A stretch of DNA of 37,325 bases from Macrostomum lignano (lineage: Eukaryota). The translations under genes were made by a program, and so were the position numbers. Shown here piece after piece: positions 33,008 through 37,325 of this stretch. The notes under the pieces are model-generated. The model saw only the letters and a list, made by a program, of their open reading frames with translations. It searched no databases and was not told the origin of the DNA. Position 1 is the first letter of the stretch. Each line of letters begins with the position of its first letter. The stretch lies in the NCBI GenBank assembly GCA_002269645.1, contig NIVC01004709.1, positions 1 to 37,325 of the forward strand, written 5' to 3'.

Positions 33008-33167
33008 CCCAGCCCAGAACAGCGTAGGTCTTTGTTGACCTTGTCTTGTGCGACAGCGCACTGACAAAGATTAGCGAGTGCAGGTGCAAAGCCTCAACAA
33101 AGACCCAGGTGAAGCTGCTAACTACAGCAAAGGTCATCGCTGATTGGTCCGCCCGGCAGGCCAGCAT
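33008..33167 (-). CDS. Class B GPCR, TM3-ICL2-TM4 exon
   Basis: ttttcag|ATG ... TGGG|gtgagc; MLACRA...SSFTWVFVEALHLHSLIF...YAVLGW. Confidence 0.9.
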
Positions 33168-33296
33168 CTGAAAACAGCAGTTCGTTTTAGGTTTTATTCA
33201 AATATGAAATTAGTCAAGTCCACTGAGCTAAACTAGAGACTGGCTGAAAATGACAGCTTTTTATAGCTCGTATGTACGAGCGTATTCCCGATCTAC

Positions 33297-34285
33297 ATAT
33301 TCTCCGCCCGCTGCCATAGACAGCACTCTCCACATTCTCCGCCCGCTGCCATAGACAGCACTCTCCACATTCTCCGCCCGCTGCCATAGACAGCACTCTC
33401 CACATTCTCCGCCCGCTGCCATAGACAGCACTCTCCACATTCTCCGCCCGCTGCCATAGACAGCACTCTCCACATTCTCCGCCCGCTGCCATAGACAGCA
33501 CTCTCCATATTCTCCGCCCGCTGCCATAGACAGCACTCTCCACATTCTCCGCCCGCTGCCATAGACAGCACTCTCCACATTCTCCGCCCGCTGCCATAGA
33601 CAGCACTCTCCACATTCTCCGCCCGCTGCCATAGACAGCACTCTCCACATTCTCCGCCCGCTGCCATAGACAGCACTCTTCATATTCTCCGCCCGCTGCC
33701 ATAGACAGCACTCTCTATATTCTCCGCCCGCTGCCATAGACAGCACTCTCCATATTCTCCGCCCGCTGCCATAGACAGCACTCTCCATATTCTCCGCCCG
33801 CTGCCATAGACAGCACTCTCCATATTCTCCGCCCGCTGCCATAGACAGCACTCTCCTCATTCTCCGCCCGCTGCCATAGACAGCACTCTCCACATTCTCC
33901 GCCCGCTGCCATAGACAGCACTCTTCATATTCTCCGCCCGCTGCCATAGACAGCACTCTCCACATTCTCCGCCCGCTGCCATAGACAGCACTCTCCACAT
34001 TCTCCGCCAGCTGCCATAGACAGCACTCTCCACATTCTCCGCCAGCTGCCATAGACAGCACTCTCCTCATTCTCCGCCCGCTGCCATAGACAGCACTCTC
34101 CACATTCTCCGCCAGCTGCCATAGACAGCACTCTCCACATTCTCCGCCCGCTGCCATAGACAGCACTCTCCACATTCTCCGCCCGCTGCCATAGACAGCA
34201 CTCTCCACATTCTCCGCCCGCTGCCATAGACAGCACTCTCCACATTCTCCGCCCGCTGCCATAGACAGCACTCTCCATATTCTCC
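33297..34285. repeat. 35-bp minisatellite (ttctccgcccgctgccatagacagcactctccaca), ~28 units
   Basis: Period 35 tandem. Confidence 0.97.
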
Positions 34286-34829
34286 GATGGTGGTGTGAAT
34301 AAAAAAATCGATTAAAGTTAAATTTTTTCAGATCAACACAGTGTGAAAGGCATTCCAGCTTGCTTCATTTGCTATTCGGTTATCTGGGTATCGGTAGAGA
34401 AATTTTCATTTTGCCAGTAATAAACCTAAGAATTGCTATCTCGGTAATTGCATTCGGGGCAGAATATTCATGTTATTATCACCAATTGCACAGTGCAATG
34501 TCCTGTCTGCATATTCGTAGAAAAATTAGCAATCCAATGCGAGCGAGCTATCTGAGAGCTTTTGAGACAAGGCGACCCGCAGCTAGCGACGAGGCGGGCA
34601 GGCATATGCCCACCCGCAGACCACTGAGCACTTACACTGCACGGGCACGCGCAGGCGCACGCTGGGTGTACAGGGGACCTGACTTGCCTCTGCACCTTAA
34701 GAGATTGGCCCTAGCCTGACGATTAGCTTCACGCAAAGGTCTGTACACCTGTGCAGAATCGAACCCCGGACTTTGGCGCTCCGCTGCCTTATAATACTAC
34801 ATGCGTTTTAAGTGGCTATAAGTAGCTGT

Positions 34830-35220
34830 AATGTGCTGTAAGTGGCAAGTGCTGTAACTGAATTTAAGGTGCTGTAAGTGGCTGTAACGTGCTGTAAGTG
34901 GTTGTAAGTGGCTGTAAGTGGCTGTAAGTGGCTGTAAGTGGCTGTAAGCGGCTGTAAGTGGCTGTAAGTGGCTGTAAGTGGCTGTAAGCGGCTGTAAGTG
35001 GCTGTAAGCGGCTGTAAGTGGCTGTAAGTGGCTGTAAGTGGCTGTAAGCGGCTGTAAGTGGCTGTAAGTGGCTATAAGTGGCTGTAAGCGGCTGTAAGTG
35101 GCTGTAAGTGGCTGAAAGTGGCTGTAAGCGGCTATAAGTGGCTGTAAGTGGCTATAAGTGGCTGTAAGTGGCTGTAAGTGGCTGTAAGTGGCTGTAAGTG
35201 GCTGTAAGCAGCTGTAAGTG
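34830..35220. repeat. 10-bp minisatellite (gctgtaagtg)
   Basis: Period 10 tandem. Confidence 0.96.
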
Positions 35221-35284
35221 GCTTAGTGCATCTCCGCTAGTATTTCTTGCTCAGCAAACAGTCAATGGGAAGTTATTTATTCAC

Positions 35285-35390
35285 CTGGCCATCCAGCGGA
35301 GCGAGCTTGTTCACGAAGTACCTGCCAGCTCGAAGGCTGAACGCGGCGAACAGGTTCACGTGAATAGCATTTCGCTGGCAGTGCAGCCGT
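35285..35390 (-). CDS. Class B GPCR, ICL1-TM2 exon
   Basis: ccttgcag|A ... CAG|gtgaat; (R)RLHCQRNAIHVNLFAAFSLRA (cf. PTH1R RRLHCTRNYIHMHLF). Confidence 0.92.
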
Positions 35391-35572
35391 CTGCAAGGCA
35401 AAAGTATTGCTGCGATGAAGATTAGCAGTTGATTATCTATCGTAACTGCACACACGCTGCCACCTGAACAAATAAATCGGAAAGCAGAACTCGAAAGCAA
35501 TTTCTTCTACTGCCTTCTCTGCTCCCGGGAGAGCTTAAGAAGACACAACAACAGCTTGCAGTCTGATCGCAC

Positions 35573-35667
35573 CTGAAAGCGGCCAAAATGCAGATGGCCG
35601 TCAGCAGCGAAGCCAACGACAGGCCGAAGCCGGCGAACCCGATGCCGTCCAGAATGGTGATGTGCAT
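35573..35667 (-). CDS. Class B GPCR, TM1 exon
   Basis: ccgcag|ATG ... TTCAG|gtgcga; MHITILDGIGFAGFGLSLASLLTAICILAAF(R). Confidence 0.9.
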
Positions 35668-35717
35668 CTGCGGCGTTTCATGGGAGCATTAAACTGTTTT
35701 ACACGAGTGACACTGTT

Positions 35718-36150
35718 TACATGTGTCACTCACATCTGCCCTATGTGCCACTCACATCTGTCCTATGTGTCACTCACATCTGCCCTATGTGTCACTCACA
35801 TCTGCCCTATGTGTCACTCACATCTGCTTTATGTGTCACTCACATCTACTTTATGTGTCACCCACATTCTGTCCTATGTCACTCACATCTGCCCTATGTG
35901 TCACTCATATCTGCCCTATGTGTCACTCACATCTGCCCTATGTGTCACTCATATCTGCCCTATGTGTCACTCACATCTGCCCTATGTGTCACTCACATCT
36001 GCTTTATGTGTCACTCACATCTACTTTATGTGTCACCCACATTCTGTCCTATGTGTCACTCATATTCTGTCCTATGTGTCACTCACATTCTGTCCATGTG
36101 TCACTCAAATCTGTTATATGTGTCACTCGCATCTATTATATGTGTCACTC
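35718..36150. repeat. 22-bp minisatellite (tgtgtcactcacatctgcccta)
   Basis: Period 22 tandem with degenerate units. Confidence 0.95.
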
Positions 36151-36220
36151 TCACCTGCATCATGTGACTAACGAGCACCTCTTCAGCCTCATCTGCTCTC
36201 AGCGCTCCGCCGCAGCTCAC

Positions 36221-36640
36221 CTTAATCCACTCAGAGCCGGCCGGCATCTTCACCGGTGCCGGCTCGATGAGGCATTCGCTAAAGTTGGTCCAGCCGCCGC
36301 GCCGCCGGCACCGCCGCTGTCGTCAACGTCATCGCCGTCAAACTCGGTTGGCCTTCGCTGCCAGACGCCTCGGTCGGTGCACAGCCGGCTGGCGCGCCGA
36401 TGGCGCAGGACGTCGTTCAAATAGTCGGGGCAAGGCGCCGAGACCCTGGCGCCGGCCTCCGCGCTCGGCCAGCAGACGGCGACATCGAACTCGGGCGGGC
36501 AGCGCGGCCAGGCGGCCGAGACGGATTCGTTCCGCTCGGATCGGCCTCCAATCGAGAACTCGGCCACTCGGCGACGGCAGATCAGCCTCTCAGCAGCAAT
36601 CGCTGGCGCGCGTGCTGTTGGAGATGCTGGTCCGGCGCAT
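36221..36640 (-). CDS. Class B GPCR, extracellular hormone-receptor domain exon (apparent -1 frameshift at ~36300)
   Basis: ERLIC...CPPEFDVAVCWP...CPDYLND...RLCTDRGVW, then WTNFSEC in the -1 frame, to donor AAG|gtgagc. Acceptor ctgcag|A at 36640. The signal-peptide exon lies beyond the window. Confidence 0.85.
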
Positions 36641-36654
36641 CTGCAGTTGTTGGG

Positions 36655-37325
36655 TTTGGAGTTTTGGAGGGCGGATTTGGAGTTTTGAGGGTGATTTGGA
36701 GTTTTGAGGGCGAATTTGGAGTTTTAGAAGGCGTATTTGGAGTTTGAAGGGCGGATTTGGAGTTTTAGAGAGCGGATTTGAAGTTTTAAGAGGGCGGATT
36801 TGGAGTTTTAGAGGGCGGATTTGGAGTTTTAGAGGGCGGATTTGGAGTTTTAGAGGGCGGATTTGGAGTTTTAGAGGGCGGATTTGGAGTTTTAGAGGGC
36901 GGATTTGGAGTTTAAGAGGGCGGATTTGGAGTTTTAGAAGGGCGGATTTGGAGTTTTAGAGAGCGGTTTGGAGTTTTAGAGAGCGGGATTTGGATTTTGG
37001 AGCGGATTTGGAGTTGTGGAGAGCGGATTTGGAGTTGTGGAGAGCGGATTTGGGTTTAAGAGGGCGGATTTGGAGTTTAAGAGGGCGGATTTGGAGTTTT
37101 AGAAAGTGGATTTGGAGTTTAAGAGGGCGGATTTGGAGTTTAAGAGGGCGGATTTGGAGTTTTAGAAAGTGGATTTGGAGTTTTAAGAGGCGGATTTGGA
37201 GTTTTGCGAGAGCGGGTTTGGAGTTTTAGAGGGCGGATTTGGAGTTTTAGAGAGCGGGTTTGGAGTTTTTAGAGAGCGGGTTTTGGAGTTTTAAAGGGCG
37301 GATTTGGGTTTTAGACAGTGGGTTT
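36655..37325. repeat. 21-bp minisatellite (gagggcggatttggagtttta), truncated by the window edge
   Basis: Period ~21 tandem. Confidence 0.95.

Noticed and set aside
33214-34278. Long repetitive ORFs (MLSMAAGGECGECCLWQRAEN...)
   Set aside because: Products of a stop-free 35-bp satellite inside an intron; no splice or codon evidence.
35662-36424. Cys/His-rich 'zinc-finger-like' ORFs (CVTHICPMCHSHL)
   Set aside because: They are translations of the 22-bp satellite, open in all frames and antisense within a GPCR intron.
30354-36640. GPCR as the cognate receptor of the CFVANCPPG peptide (ligand-receptor cluster)
   Set aside because: VP/OT receptors are class A (rhodopsin-like). This receptor is clearly class B.

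Overview
Eukaryotic (invertebrate) genomic DNA with GC-rich exons, GT-AG introns and many intronic minisatellites. The style suggests a free-living flatworm such as Macrostomum, which is inference only. Seven protein-coding loci could be reconstructed by hand. (1) A complete three-exon vasopressin/oxytocin-type neuropeptide precursor on the minus strand (2125-416): signal peptide, nonapeptide CFVANCPPG, GKKR, then an atypical 12-Cys neurophysin. Its peptide-encoding exon is absent from the supplied ORF track. (2) TMEM117, with a long N-terminal extension and a ~3.2 kb 32-bp satellite in its last intron. (3) RAB21. (4) A secreted modular mucin-like protein with Thr-rich, (His-Gly)n, acidic and (W[Q/R]KRRGG)n blocks. 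(5) Two adjacent orphan ORFs. (6) An intronless synaptotagmin-like gene with an apparent cleavable signal peptide. (7) Eight exons of a PTH-receptor-like class B GPCR running off the right edge. Four apparent single-base deletions (-1 frameshifts) interrupt three genes and are probably assembly errors. No prokaryotic, CRISPR or intact transposon features were seen.
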